A DNA stretch of 64,000 nucleotides from the NCBI GenBank assembly GCA_946626755.1, contig CAMOUW010000002.1, positions 3,617 through 67,616 of the forward strand. The letters run 5' to 3'. Numbering within the stretch: the stretch's first letter is position 1; every line of letters begins with the position of its first letter. The DNA comes from an uncultured Clostridia bacterium (GTDB lineage: Bacteria; Bacillota; Clostridia; Lachnospirales; Lachnospiraceae). The translations under genes were made by a program, and so were the position numbers. This document shows positions 56,245 through 64,000 of this stretch, piece by piece. Below the pieces are notes generated by a model. The model searched no databases and was not told the origin of the DNA. It was given only the letters and a program-made list of their open reading frames with translations.

Positions 56245-57986
56245 GGTGGACCATGTTCAGAACGATATATAAATTTTTCGGTTTTTGTAATGAAAAGAAC
56301 AGAAAGCAATTCAAAGTGTCTGTTGTTTTGGGGGTTTTAAATGCCTTCTTTATTGCATTCAGGATCCCCGCGATAGATCTGATGCTGTCAGGTATAACGG
56401 GAGGCAATGTACATGCAGGTCATATTCTGGGGAGTCTCGGAATACTTGCTGCAAGCGTGACGGGACAGATCATCGTTTACAAAAAAATGGCCATGCTGCA
56501 GACGATAGCCGGTTATGAAACTGCTGCCGGCAAGCGTATTGAAATAGCAGAGCATATGAGATATATGCCCATGGGTTATTTTAATAAAAACAGTCTGGGA
56601 GAGATAACCTCGGTGACAACAAACACCATGGAAAACCTGGGGGATGTGGCTACAAGGGTTGTGATGCTGACATTTCAGGGAATACTTACCACTGCGCTTA
56701 TGATCGTATTTATGCTTTTCTACGACTGGCGCACCGGTCTTATATCGCTTGCGGGTTTTGGAGTGTTTTTTGCAGTTAATTCCGTTATGAGAAAGAAAAC
56801 GGCAAATATTTCCGAAACCAAGCTTGAAGATGATACACGCATGACGGAAAAGCTTCTTGAATACATACAAGGTATCACGGAAGTCAAATTCTATAATCTG
56901 ACCGGGTTTTACAGAAAAAATATAGACAGAGTCATAGAAAAAGCTTCAGAAACCAACACTGAGATGGAGAAAAAGGTAAACAGGTACTCGCCGTGGCAAA
57001 CCATCGTTACAAAGGCGACGGGAACCGTTATGAGCATTGCCGCGATAGCATTTTTCCTTGGGGGTTCCATGCCGCTTATGAACTGTATCCTTATGATCAT
57101 TTCATCATTTATGGTGTTTTCGGGTCTGGAGCAGGCGGGAAGCTTTTCCGCGCTTATGCGTATAGTGGATATTTCCGTGGATAAGGCAAATGCGGTCTTA
57201 TCCGTAAAGACTATGGATATAAATGGTGAAAATATCACTCCGGCAACTCATGATATAGAAGCGCAGGATATCACATTTGCATATGATCAAAGAAAAATAA
57301 TAGACGGAGTGAGCATTACCATACCTGAAAAGACCACAGTCGCCTTTGTGGGACCTTCCGGAAGCGGTAAAACGACGCTGTGCCATCTTCTTGCAAGATT
57401 TTGGGACGCGGACGAAGGCCGGGTCAGCCTTGACGGAAGGAATGTGAAGGACTACAGCTACGACAGTCTGATGGAAAATTTTAGTTTTGTATTTCAAAAT
57501 GTATATCTTTTTCATGACACAATAGCCAACAATATACGCTTTTCAAGACCGGAGGCTTCTATGGAGGAGGTTATCGATGCGGCCAAAAGGGCTTGCTGCC
57601 ATGATTTTATAACGGAACTTCCTAATGGGTATGAAACCGTTATCGGAGAGGGTGGAGCATCTCTTTCAGGCGGAGAAAAGCAGCGCATATCCATAGCGCG
57701 GGCGATAATGAAGGATGCCCCTGTGATCGTGCTTGATGAAGCTACTGCCAATGTGGATCCGGAAACTGAAAAGGAGCTTATGGAAGCAATAGAAGCTCTT
57801 ACGAATGAAAAAACTGTTTTCATGATAGCTCACAGATTAAAAACAGTAAGAAATGCAGATAAGATATGCGTTATAGATAAAGGGCAGATAGTGCAGCAGG
57901 GCACTCATGATGAACTTATAAGCCGGGAAGGAATCTACAGGGACTTTGTGGATCAGAGAAACAGGGCTGTAAGCTGGAAACTGTAA
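56241..57986 (+). CDS. ABC transporter ATP-binding/permease half-transporter, subunit 2
   Basis: 6-TM domain plus an NBD (GPSGSGKTT, LSGGEKQR, IVLDEATANVD). The start is 56241 (ATGA overlap) or 56253. Confidence 0.88.
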   Translation: MRWTMFRTIYKFFGFCNEKNRKQFKVSVVLGVLNAFFIAFRIPAIDLMLSGITGGNVHAGHILGSLGILAASVTGQIIVYKKMAMLQTIAGYETAAGKRIEIAEHMRYMPMGYFNKNSLGEITSVTTNTMENLGDVATRVVMLTFQGILTTALMIVFMLFYDWRTGLISLAGFGVFFAVNSVMRKKTANISETKLEDDTRMTEKLLEYIQGITEVKFYNLTGFYRKNIDRVIEKASETNTEMEKKVNRYSPWQTIVTKATGTVMSIAAIAFFLGGSMPLMNCILMIISSFMVFSGLEQAGSFSALMRIVDISVDKANAVLSVKTMDINGENITPATHDIEAQDITFAYDQRKIIDGVSITIPEKTTVAFVGPSGSGKTTLCHLLARFWDADEGRVSLDGRNVKDYSYDSLMENFSFVFQNVYLFHDTIANNIRFSRPEASMEEVIDAAKRACCHDFITELPNGYETVIGEGGASLSGGEKQRISIARAIMKDAPVIVLDEATANVDPETEKELMEAIEALTNEKTVFMIAHRLKTVRNADKICVIDKGQIVQQGTHDELISREGIYRDFVDQRNRAVSWKL

Positions 57987-58105
57987 AGCTTTCTTAACCA
58001 TTGCCGGAAAATGTGATAAAATAAGGGCGTTGTGATTACGCTCTTATTTTTATGGAAATTAAAAACAGGGGATGTGATCTATCACACAGATAAGGAGTGT
58101 ATCAT

Positions 58106-58570
58106 ATGAAATTTCTTATTCAAAGGGTAAATGAAGCATCGGTAGAAGTGGACGGAGAAACGACAGGAAGCATTGAAAAGGGCTTTCTGGTATTTATAGG
58201 TGTGTCTGATACGGATACAAAAAATATAGCTGATAAAATGATAAAAAAGCTTCTGGGGCTCAGGATATTTGCAGATGAAGCCGGCAAGACCAATCTTTCC
58301 GTAAAAGATGTGGGAGGCAGCCTCCTTCTTGTGTCCCAGTTTACGCTGTATGCTGACTGCAGAAAAGGCAACCGCCCGAGCTTTACTTCTGCCGGGGCAC
58401 CGGCTCTTGCGGAGGAACTCTATGAGTATATAATAGAAGAATGCAGGAAGGAGTTTACAGATTTTGCGCATGTGCAGACCGGCGTGTTCGGCGGGGATAT
58501 GAAGGTGTCACTTGTAAATGACGGCCCCTTTACGATAATGCTGGATTCTGATGAGATAATCAATAGTTGA
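58106..58570 (+). CDS. dtd: D-aminoacyl-tRNA deacylase
   Basis: [22 protein letters not shown] and NDGPFTI are present. Confidence 0.92.
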   Translation: MKFLIQRVNEASVEVDGETTGSIEKGFLVFIGVSDTDTKNIADKMIKKLLGLRIFADEAGKTNLSVKDVGGSLLLVSQFTLYADCRKGNRPSFTSAGAPALAEELYEYIIEECRKEFTDFAHVQTGVFGGDMKVSLVNDGPFTIMLDSDEIINS

Positions 58571-58590
58571 TACAGGAGGTTTGTGATCTT

Positions 58591-59523
58591 ATGAAAGATT
58601 CTCACATTTCAAGAAAACCGAAGATCTACAGCGGCTATAAAAATTTACCAAACGCAAGAGCTTCCGAAGAGATCACCGAGGGGTGTCTTGTTCTGGAAGG
58701 AGGCGGATGGAGAGGTCTGTATACCCAGGGTGCGCTGGATGCCCTTATGGAAGAGGGGATCAATTTCCGCAATGTCATAGGCGTGTCTGCAGGCGCCCTT
58801 TCCGCCATGGGTTATCTGTCAGGACAGATAGGCATTTGCGCCAGGGTAAATCTAAAATACAGGCACGACCCCAAATACTGCGGTATGGGAGCTATGATCG
58901 AAGATGGCGGGATTATGGGATTTACCTACTTTTTCAAAACCATCGCTGAGCGTGAGGGGTTTGACTGGGACAGGTTTTTTTCTCCGGAAAGACGTCTTCT
59001 GGTGACTGCCACGAATTTAAAAACCGGCAAGATAGAATATTTCGAAAAGGGTAAATGTAATATCAGAAAAGCCATAAAAGCATCTGCCACGGTTCCTTTT
59101 ATGTCTGCGCCTGTAAAGATAAAGGGCGTACCCTACCTGGATGGAGGATGTGTGGAGAAAATCCCCTACAGGTATGCAAAAGAAGAGGGATATGAAAAAA
59201 TAGTTGTCATACGGACCAGAGACAGGGCTTACAGAAGAAATGAGGAAAAAAGCGTATTTAAAAGCTTCCTGCGAAAAGCTGCCTACCTTCCTTATCCCGA
59301 ATTTCAAAAAGGAATGGCTGAGGTAAATGCAGACTATAACAGATGCATCGATGAAATAATGGCAGATGAAGAAGCAGGTCGTGTATTCATGCTGGCTCCC
59401 CTTGATCCTGTTGATATCAGTAAGTTTGACGGGGATATGGAAAAACTCGGCGGATTGTATGAAAGAGGTTACACAGAGATGAAAGACAATATACAGGGAC
59501 TCAGGGATTATCTGAAAAAATAG
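58591..59523 (+). CDS. Patatin-like phospholipase family protein
   Basis: Oxyanion GGGWRG and nucleophile elbow GVSAGA are present, with DGG near the C-terminal half. Confidence 0.85.
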   Translation: MKDSHISRKPKIYSGYKNLPNARASEEITEGCLVLEGGGWRGLYTQGALDALMEEGINFRNVIGVSAGALSAMGYLSGQIGICARVNLKYRHDPKYCGMGAMIEDGGIMGFTYFFKTIAEREGFDWDRFFSPERRLLVTATNLKTGKIEYFEKGKCNIRKAIKASATVPFMSAPVKIKGVPYLDGGCVEKIPYRYAKEEGYEKIVVIRTRDRAYRRNEEKSVFKSFLRKAAYLPYPEFQKGMAEVNADYNRCIDEIMADEEAGRVFMLAPLDPVDISKFDGDMEKLGGLYERGYTEMKDNIQGLRDYLKK

Positions 59524-59534
59524 AAGCTAATGAT

Positions 59535-59579
59535 AAAAAATTCCCCCGGGAGTAAATGCTCCCGGGGGAATTGATTTTA
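59535..59579. terminator. Bidirectional terminator between convergent genes
   Basis: aaaaaa-ttcccccgggag-taaatg-ctcccgggggaa-ttgatttt, a perfect 12-bp stem. Confidence 0.8.
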
Positions 59580-59864
59580 TGCCGCATCTGCGTATTTTTC
59601 AAGTATTTTTTTAAGAGAAGCCACGGATGCGCTCTGCACTCGTTCCACACGTGTATCCATGCCTTTTATTTCGTCAAGAGCACAGTGTACCATCTTGTGA
59701 GACATACAATTGGTGAAAAAAATCATAAGATCAGGTTCGCCGATCTTATTCTTAAGCCTTGCTACAGGCTTGATAAATGTCTTTACCTTATGCTTATATT
59801 TTTGACAGATATCCACGTACTGGCGCTCCATGCGCTCATTTCCCCCTACTATTACAATACTCAT
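59577..59864 (-). CDS. DUF2325-domain small protein
   Basis: 95 aa. MSIVIVGGNERMERQY...DLMIFFTNCMSHKM... fits the DUF2325 pattern. Confidence 0.6.
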   Translation of the reverse strand: MSIVIVGGNERMERQYVDICQKYKHKVKTFIKPVARLKNKIGEPDLMIFFTNCMSHKMVHCALDEIKGMDTRVERVQSASVASLKKILEKYADAA

Positions 59865-59894
59865 AAAAACCTCCGTTATATATAGATCAAAATA

Positions 59895-60202
59895 GATTAG
59901 CCTTAACTAACTTGCTTGAAGTCATTATAGTTAGCGTTAGGTAACTTGTCAAGTGGTTTTTGTAAAATATGCAAAATATAATATTTGTCAAAGGGCTTGA
60001 CAAATATTTCCAAATAATATAATCTTTAACCGCATGTAGTTAGCATTATCTAATTAGCGCCTTCTAACGGGGCGCTTTTAAAACTCTTTGTGGTTAGTCT
60101 ATTCTAATTAGTATGTGCTTACCTTATGCGTTTGCGTCCGCTGTTACCGGGCGCAAAAAAAATAAATGCGAGTTAGCTTCACCTAATAAGCGTGGGCTAA
60201 CA
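59895..60202. promoter_or_regulatory. Divergent promoter region with an array of at least 6-7 AGTTAG-N6-CTAACT dyads
   Basis: Sites are gattagccttaactaact (59895), agttagcgttaggtaact (59929), agttagcattatctaatt (60038), aattagcgccttctaacg (60052), ggttagtctattctaatt (60092) and agttagcttcacctaata (60171), plus a half-site at 60185-60202. The palindrome tttgtcaa-aggg-c-ttgacaaa (59985-60005) supplies TTGACA boxes on both strands. Confidence 0.65.
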
Positions 60203-60233
60203 AAAAACAATTTTAAGATCAGGGAGAGAGTAT

Positions 60234-62030
60234 ATGCCACGGGCTTTAAAATATAATAAAAGAAAATGGATAGTCATAGCTTTCATGGCATTGCTGTTTC
60301 TGCAGATATTTCCTTCATTTACCGCAAAAGCGGATGTGGAGTATTACGAAAAGTGGCCTGAATATGAGGCGGCAAACAATATACAAAACGTCACCTGGAA
60401 TAATGTGGCGGATGCCATGGACCAGGTATTGGATGCAGCGATAGAGGCTTATGAAAAGGGTGATACCAAAGCGGCTTATGACCGTATAAATAATGCCTAC
60501 TACGGATATTATGAGATAACAGGCTTTGAACGGGTTGCCATGGGCTACATACCCGGAGGGCGAAAATCCCAGATGGAGCTGCAGTTTTCAAATTGCAAAT
60601 CCGTAGCCAAGAAAAACGGAAGTCTTGATGATTTCAAAAAAGAAGTTGAAACCCTGCGTTCCATGCTGCATGAGGATGCCAATGTCCTGGATGGCGTAAG
60701 TGATACTTCTGCAAAGGAGGATGAGAAAGAAACAAAAGCCACAAAGCTTTTTGCTTCAAAATATTATCCCAAATGGCCGGAGTACGAGACTGATTCAGGT
60801 ATCACTTCGCCTACATGGAATGATGTAACAGATGCCATGGTGGAGGTGCTGAAAAAAGGAAAGGAAGCATTCCGGGCGGGGGACCTTAAAGCTGCTTACG
60901 ACTATGTAAATGACGCATACTACGGCTACTACGAAATAACCGGATTTGAGCGTGTTGCCATGGGCTATATACCGGGGGGACGGAAATCCCAGATGGAGCT
61001 GCAGTTTTCAAACTGCAAATCCGTGGCAAAAAAGAACGGCAGCCTTGAGGACTACGAAAAGGAAGTGGACACACTTATGTCTATGCTCCGCGAAGATGCC
61101 CATGTCCTTGACGGAACCACGCCGGAGGAGTCCGGGAGCGCGTCGTCGGGGGGGAACAGGTCAGCGGGAGCCGCTACATTTATCGCCTGCTTTACCATCA
61201 TACTGAGAGAAGGGTTTGAAGCTATCCTGGTAGTGGGCGCAATAGTTGCTTATCTGGTGAAGGCAAAGGGCGAAAAAGATGACCGTATCCGTAAAAAAAT
61301 GGTGCGGCCTGTATATATAGGAGCCATACTGGGTATTGCCGCCAGCTTTTTATCGGCGCTTATCCTGAACCAGCTGAAGCTTGCAAACAGCGCATCACAG
61401 GAGATCATAGAAGGAGTTACGGCGCTGATAGCGGTGGCAGTACTTTACTGGGTAAGTAACTGGATGCTGTCGAAGTCGGAATCCGAAGCCTGGAGCACCT
61501 ACATAAGAAACAAGGTGGAGAAATCATCGAAAAACGGAAGCGTATTTGCCCTGGCATTTACGGCGTTTCTGGCGGTATACAGAGAAGGAGCCGAGGTTAT
61601 CCTGTTCTTCCAGCCCATGATCGCAGGGGGCAATCTGAACATGGTATGGGGAGGATTTATAGTGGGATGTGTTGCTCTCGTGTTTGTGTTCCTTGCCATA
61701 AGGTTCCTGAGTATAAAGATCCCTCTGAAGCCCTTCTTTATAGCCACAAGTATTCTGATGTTTGTCATGGCCTTCGCATTCCTGGGTTCGGGGATCAAAG
61801 AGCTTATAGAAGGTGATGTTATCACGGCTACCATGCCGGCGTGGCTGTCATGGATACCCATGGGATCGGAGGGCATCGCATCCTTCCTGGATATACTGGG
61901 AATATATCCTATAGTTGAAACATTTATACCCCAGATGATACTGGTCGGCGTAACGATAGTTATTTTCATCTGGCACCTGAAACGAAACAAAAAGCTCAGG
62001 GAAGCATCACGATCGGTGCAGGAGGCTTAG
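60234..62030 (+). CDS. FTR1-family iron permease with a duplicated N-terminal extracytoplasmic domain
   Basis: Signal/TM segment, two 118-aa repeats, then the permease with REGFE (REXXE) and a second REGAE motif and 7 TM helices. Confidence 0.88.
   Translation: MPRALKYNKRKWIVIAFMALLFLQIFPSFTAKADVEYYEKWPEYEAANNIQNVTWNNVADAMDQVLDAAIEAYEKGDTKAAYDRINNAYYGYYEITGFERVAMGYIPGGRKSQMELQFSNCKSVAKKNGSLDDFKKEVETLRSMLHEDANVLDGVSDTSAKEDEKETKATKLFASKYYPKWPEYETDSGITSPTWNDVTDAMVEVLKKGKEAFRAGDLKAAYDYVNDAYYGYYEITGFERVAMGYIPGGRKSQMELQFSNCKSVAKKNGSLEDYEKEVDTLMSMLREDAHVLDGTTPEESGSASSGGNRSAGAATFIACFTIILREGFEAILVVGAIVAYLVKAKGEKDDRIRKKMVRPVYIGAILGIAASFLSALILNQLKLANSASQEIIEGVTALIAVAVLYWVSNWMLSKSESEAWSTYIRNKVEKSSKNGSVFALAFTAFLAVYREGAEVILFFQPMIAGGNLNMVWGGFIVGCVALVFVFLAIRFLSIKIPLKPFFIATSILMFVMAFAFLGSGIKELIEGDVITATMPAWLSWIPMGSEGIASFLDILGIYPIVETFIPQMILVGVTIVIFIWHLKRNKKLREASRSVQEA
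60342..61115 (+). repeat. Intragenic tandem duplication (2 x about 118 aa, 420-bp period) in the FTR1 N-terminal domain
   Basis: 60342-60695 versus 60762-61115. They share YY.KWPEYE...W(N)(N/D)V.DAM...AYYGYYEITGFERVAMGYIPGGRKSQMELQFSNCKSVAKKNGSL...VLDG. A 44-aa stretch is identical in protein but differs at many synonymous DNA positions. Confidence 0.9.
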
Positions 62031-62107
62031 CTGTCCTGCCGTTCGGAAGAGAGACCGGCGGCAGTAATAAAACTTTTTCATGCATGTAACAAGGGAGGTT
62101 TTGAAAA

Positions 62108-62809
62108 ATGAAATTCAGAAAAGTATCAGCATTATTTATGGCAGCCGGAGTAGGAGCAGTTGCTCTTGCAGGCTGCGCAGGTTCGGGTAGCGGTACAGGA
62201 ACCGAAACAACTACCACAACAACATCTGCAGCCGCAGCTGCAGCCGCAACTGAAACCGAGGCTGCCGGAGCCGCAGCGCCCGGACAGCAGGCAGGCTTTG
62301 AGGAATTCCCCGTTGGTGACGACCTTGAGCTTGACTGGGATGACAAGGCAGGCGGAAGTACTCTCAATGTAGCGGGTGTATATTTCCAGCCCGTAGATCT
62401 GGAGCCCAGCGGAGGCGGTCTTGCGGCAGCGGATGCATCCTTCCACATTGAGGCAGACATCAGCGCAGGAGCAAACAATGTAGGCTATGAGATCGGTACT
62501 TATGTACCTCAGCTTACTGTAGATTATGAGATCGCTCCCGCCGATGCAAATGCCGAGAAGAAAGAGGGAGTTAATTATGCGGCAGGAACATTTATGGACA
62601 TGAATGCTTCCGACGGTCCCCACTACGGTGCAAATGTAAAGCTTACAGAGGCAGGCTCCTACAAGGTTAAATTTACCATCAAGAGCCCTGAGGCAAAGGG
62701 ATGGGTTCTTCATACCGATGCGGAGACAGGTGTAGAGGGAAGATTCTGGTCAGAGCCTCTTGTAGCAGAGTGGGATTGGGATTACGTTCCCCAGGAATGG
62801 AATAACTGA
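62108..62809 (+). CDS. P19/Tpd-family iron-transport lipoprotein
   Basis: Lipobox LAGCAGS and a T/A linker. The core has VAGVYFQPVDLEP, HIEADISA, VPQLTVDYEI and MNASDGPHYGANVKL, typical of the Iron_transport (P19) family. Confidence 0.85.
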   Translation: MKFRKVSALFMAAGVGAVALAGCAGSGSGTGTETTTTTTSAAAAAAATETEAAGAAAPGQQAGFEEFPVGDDLELDWDDKAGGSTLNVAGVYFQPVDLEPSGGGLAAADASFHIEADISAGANNVGYEIGTYVPQLTVDYEIAPADANAEKKEGVNYAAGTFMDMNASDGPHYGANVKLTEAGSYKVKFTIKSPEAKGWVLHTDAETGVEGRFWSEPLVAEWDWDYVPQEWNN

Positions 62810-62843
62810 TAAATTTTTTCTTCATAGTTCGTTTATATAAAAA

Positions 62844-62885
62844 AGCCATAGCGCCGGCTGCATTTGACGCTGTGGCTATTTCGTA
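62844..62885 (+). terminator. Hairpin terminator/attenuator after the P19 gene
   Basis: agccatagcg...cgctgtggct followed by atttcgtattt (weak T-run). Confidence 0.45.
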
Positions 62886-62926
62886 TTTATATACTTTATA
62901 TACTTTTTTTTTACAGGAAAGAGCAA

Positions 62927-64000
62927 ATGTTAAAATATCTCATCGCTGTTGTTGAGGGGCTTTTACTATACAGCACGGTCATCGGTCTGTTGTTTGCCAC
63001 GGCAAAACAGCAAAACAGAAAAAAACAAACAATATCGGTCCTTACGGGGGTATTTGCAGGCATAGGATTTGCCATAGTCATTGCCTGTCTTACCCAGTTT
63101 ACAACCATTATAAAAAGGGGCTACTGGAATATCTGGTTCATGATCATAGGGATCGGCGCTGCGGTTATTTATTCCGTCTGTTTATGGATATCAGCAGGAA
63201 AAAAGAAGGGCAGGATACACGGAGCGGTATGGAGCGCGGCCGGGGGAGTGCTGGCCGGCGATATGATCGCCTACAGCCTGCCTGCGGTGCTTATGTTTCC
63301 GGGAGAGTTTGTGCTGGCGGACGAAAGTGTATTCAGTACAGAGTTTTTGCTGAAGTTCATCGGATATCTTCTGGGATTTCTAATAATCATACTTACAGCA
63401 GTGGCTGTGTACAGGGTGGTCAGAGTATTGTCCGCCGGATGGATACGGACATTGTTTACGGTGGTTTTGGCGCTGTTTTGCGTAACGGCTTCAGGCGTCC
63501 TGATCCAATCTATGTTTAACAGGTGGATAAAGGTAAGCTCCGGGCTTTTCGGCTATTCATCCTTTGTTGTAAACAATTTTAACGGTTTTCTGACGGGAGT
63601 TCTTTTGATCGCCCTGATATTCCCCATTGCCCTTATAGCCGTAAGCGGCGGGAAAAATGAGGAGTACAGCAATCCGGCCCAAAGAAGAAGGATACGGGCG
63701 GCAGGCAGAGGAAAGAGACGTTGGGCCGTATTTCTGATCGTACTGTTTGGTATAGGGATTTTTACACTTACGGGTCTGAAGTCTTATAACGAGCGCGAGG
63801 TGACACTTTCTCCGGCAGAGCCCTTTGAGCTTGCAGGAGAAGAGATACATATACCGTCGCAGCAGATAGAAGACGGACATTTACACAGATTTGCATACAA
63901 GGCATCTGACAATACCGAGGTGCGTTTTATAGTCATAAAGAAAAATGAAGCGTCCTACGGAGTGGGGCTGGATGCCTGCGATATATGCGGCGAAACCGGG
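62927..64000 (+). CDS. Polytopic membrane protein with C-terminal DUF2318-type Cys-motif domain (partial, runs off the window; not in the supplied ORF track)
   Basis: My own translation from the ATG at 62927 gives 358 codons with no stop: MLKYLIAVVEGLLLYS...multiple TM helices...HLHRFAYKASDNTEVRFIVIKKNEASYGVGLDACDICGETG. The last motif is characteristic of DUF2318 proteins found in FTR1/P19 loci. Confidence 0.75.
   Translation, partial: MLKYLIAVVEGLLLYSTVIGLLFATAKQQNRKKQTISVLTGVFAGIGFAIVIACLTQFTTIIKRGYWNIWFMIIGIGAAVIYSVCLWISAGKKKGRIHGAVWSAAGGVLAGDMIAYSLPAVLMFPGEFVLADESVFSTEFLLKFIGYLLGFLIIILTAVAVYRVVRVLSAGWIRTLFTVVLALFCVTASGVLIQSMFNRWIKVSSGLFGYSSFVVNNFNGFLTGVLLIALIFPIALIAVSGGKNEEYSNPAQRRRIRAAGRGKRRWAVFLIVLFGIGIFTLTGLKSYNEREVTLSPAEPFELAGEEIHIPSQQIEDGHLHRFAYKASDNTEVRFIVIKKNEASYGVGLDACDICGETG

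Noticed and set aside
59985-60005. Fur box in the FTR1 control region
   Set aside because: No GATAATGATAATCATTATC-like sequence is present. The palindrome there is TTTGTCAA/TTGACAAA (divergent -35 boxes), and the repeated element is the AGTTAG-N6-CTAACT dyad.
61996-62713. Two minus-strand ORFs of 160 and 193 aa overlapping the P19 gene
   Set aside because: They are antisense to a strongly supported P19 lipoprotein gene. Frames stay open because of GC-rich Ala/Thr/Gly linker codons.
63184-63519. 111-aa plus-strand Arg-rich ORF from the track
   Set aside because: It is an alternative frame inside the long uninterrupted membrane-protein ORF that starts at 62927. The latter has TM helices and a DUF2318 motif.

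Overview
The window looks like a chromosomal segment from a Gram-positive anaerobe of Clostridia or Lachnospiraceae type. This taxon call is an inference from GGAGG ribosome-binding sites, lipobox lipoproteins, xPxTG sorting signals and gene content. About 60 genes are supported.

The left third (1-31 kb) is mostly housekeeping and transport:
- a PAP2 phosphatase, a membrane metallophosphoesterase and a PepSY membrane protein
- an FMN-riboswitch-controlled ribD-ribE-ribBA-ribH operon
- an Opp/Nik-type ABC importer in which two components carry odd Lys/Ala/Glu-rich N-terminal extensions
- an ArsB/NhaD-type permease, a MATE pump and an InlB-B-repeat surface protein
- a LigB/Memo-superfamily protein
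- a TetR / methyltransferase / FmdE / FecBCD-type ABC cluster
- NUDIX, a lipoprotein acetolactate-decarboxylase homologue and an AMMECR1 + radical-SAM pair

The centre (about 32.2-42.0 kb) is the most interesting part. It has a divergent AraC regulator followed by three sortase substrates:
- a pilin whose N-terminus carries two FMN-binding domains with ApbE-type flavinylation motifs
- a VWA-domain tip adhesin
- a small SPDTG-anchored pilin

These are followed by a class B sortase and a signal-peptidase homologue with both catalytic residues substituted, as in SipA. A NusG-II / Gx-transporter / lipoprotein ApbE flavin-transferase operon converges on the locus. Together this reads as a candidate covalently flavinylated sortase-assembled pilus. 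The block is bracketed by direct repeats derived from a MATE gene and flanked by MATE pseudogene debris.

The right third carries:
- a decayed DUF4143 ATPase, a CBM9-like lipoprotein and a flavin reductase
- a frameshifted WYL regulator
- a tripartite HipB/HipS/HipT-like toxin-antitoxin module
- CutA, a second metallophosphoesterase and AlkD
- a MacB/FtsX-type ABC system plus two half-transporter ABC exporters
- dtd, patatin and DUF2325
- an FTR1-P19-DUF2318 iron-uptake operon, whose last ORF runs off the window and is absent from the ORF track

An 18-bp dyad, AGTTAG-N6-CTAACT, recurs at least 13 times. By eye I found it only in four intergenic regions: upstream of the pilus operon, of the ApbE operon, of the MacB-type ABC operon and of the FTR1 operon. 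This suggests one regulon linking the flavin pilus to iron acquisition. No rRNA genes, tRNA genes, transposases or CRISPR arrays were seen.
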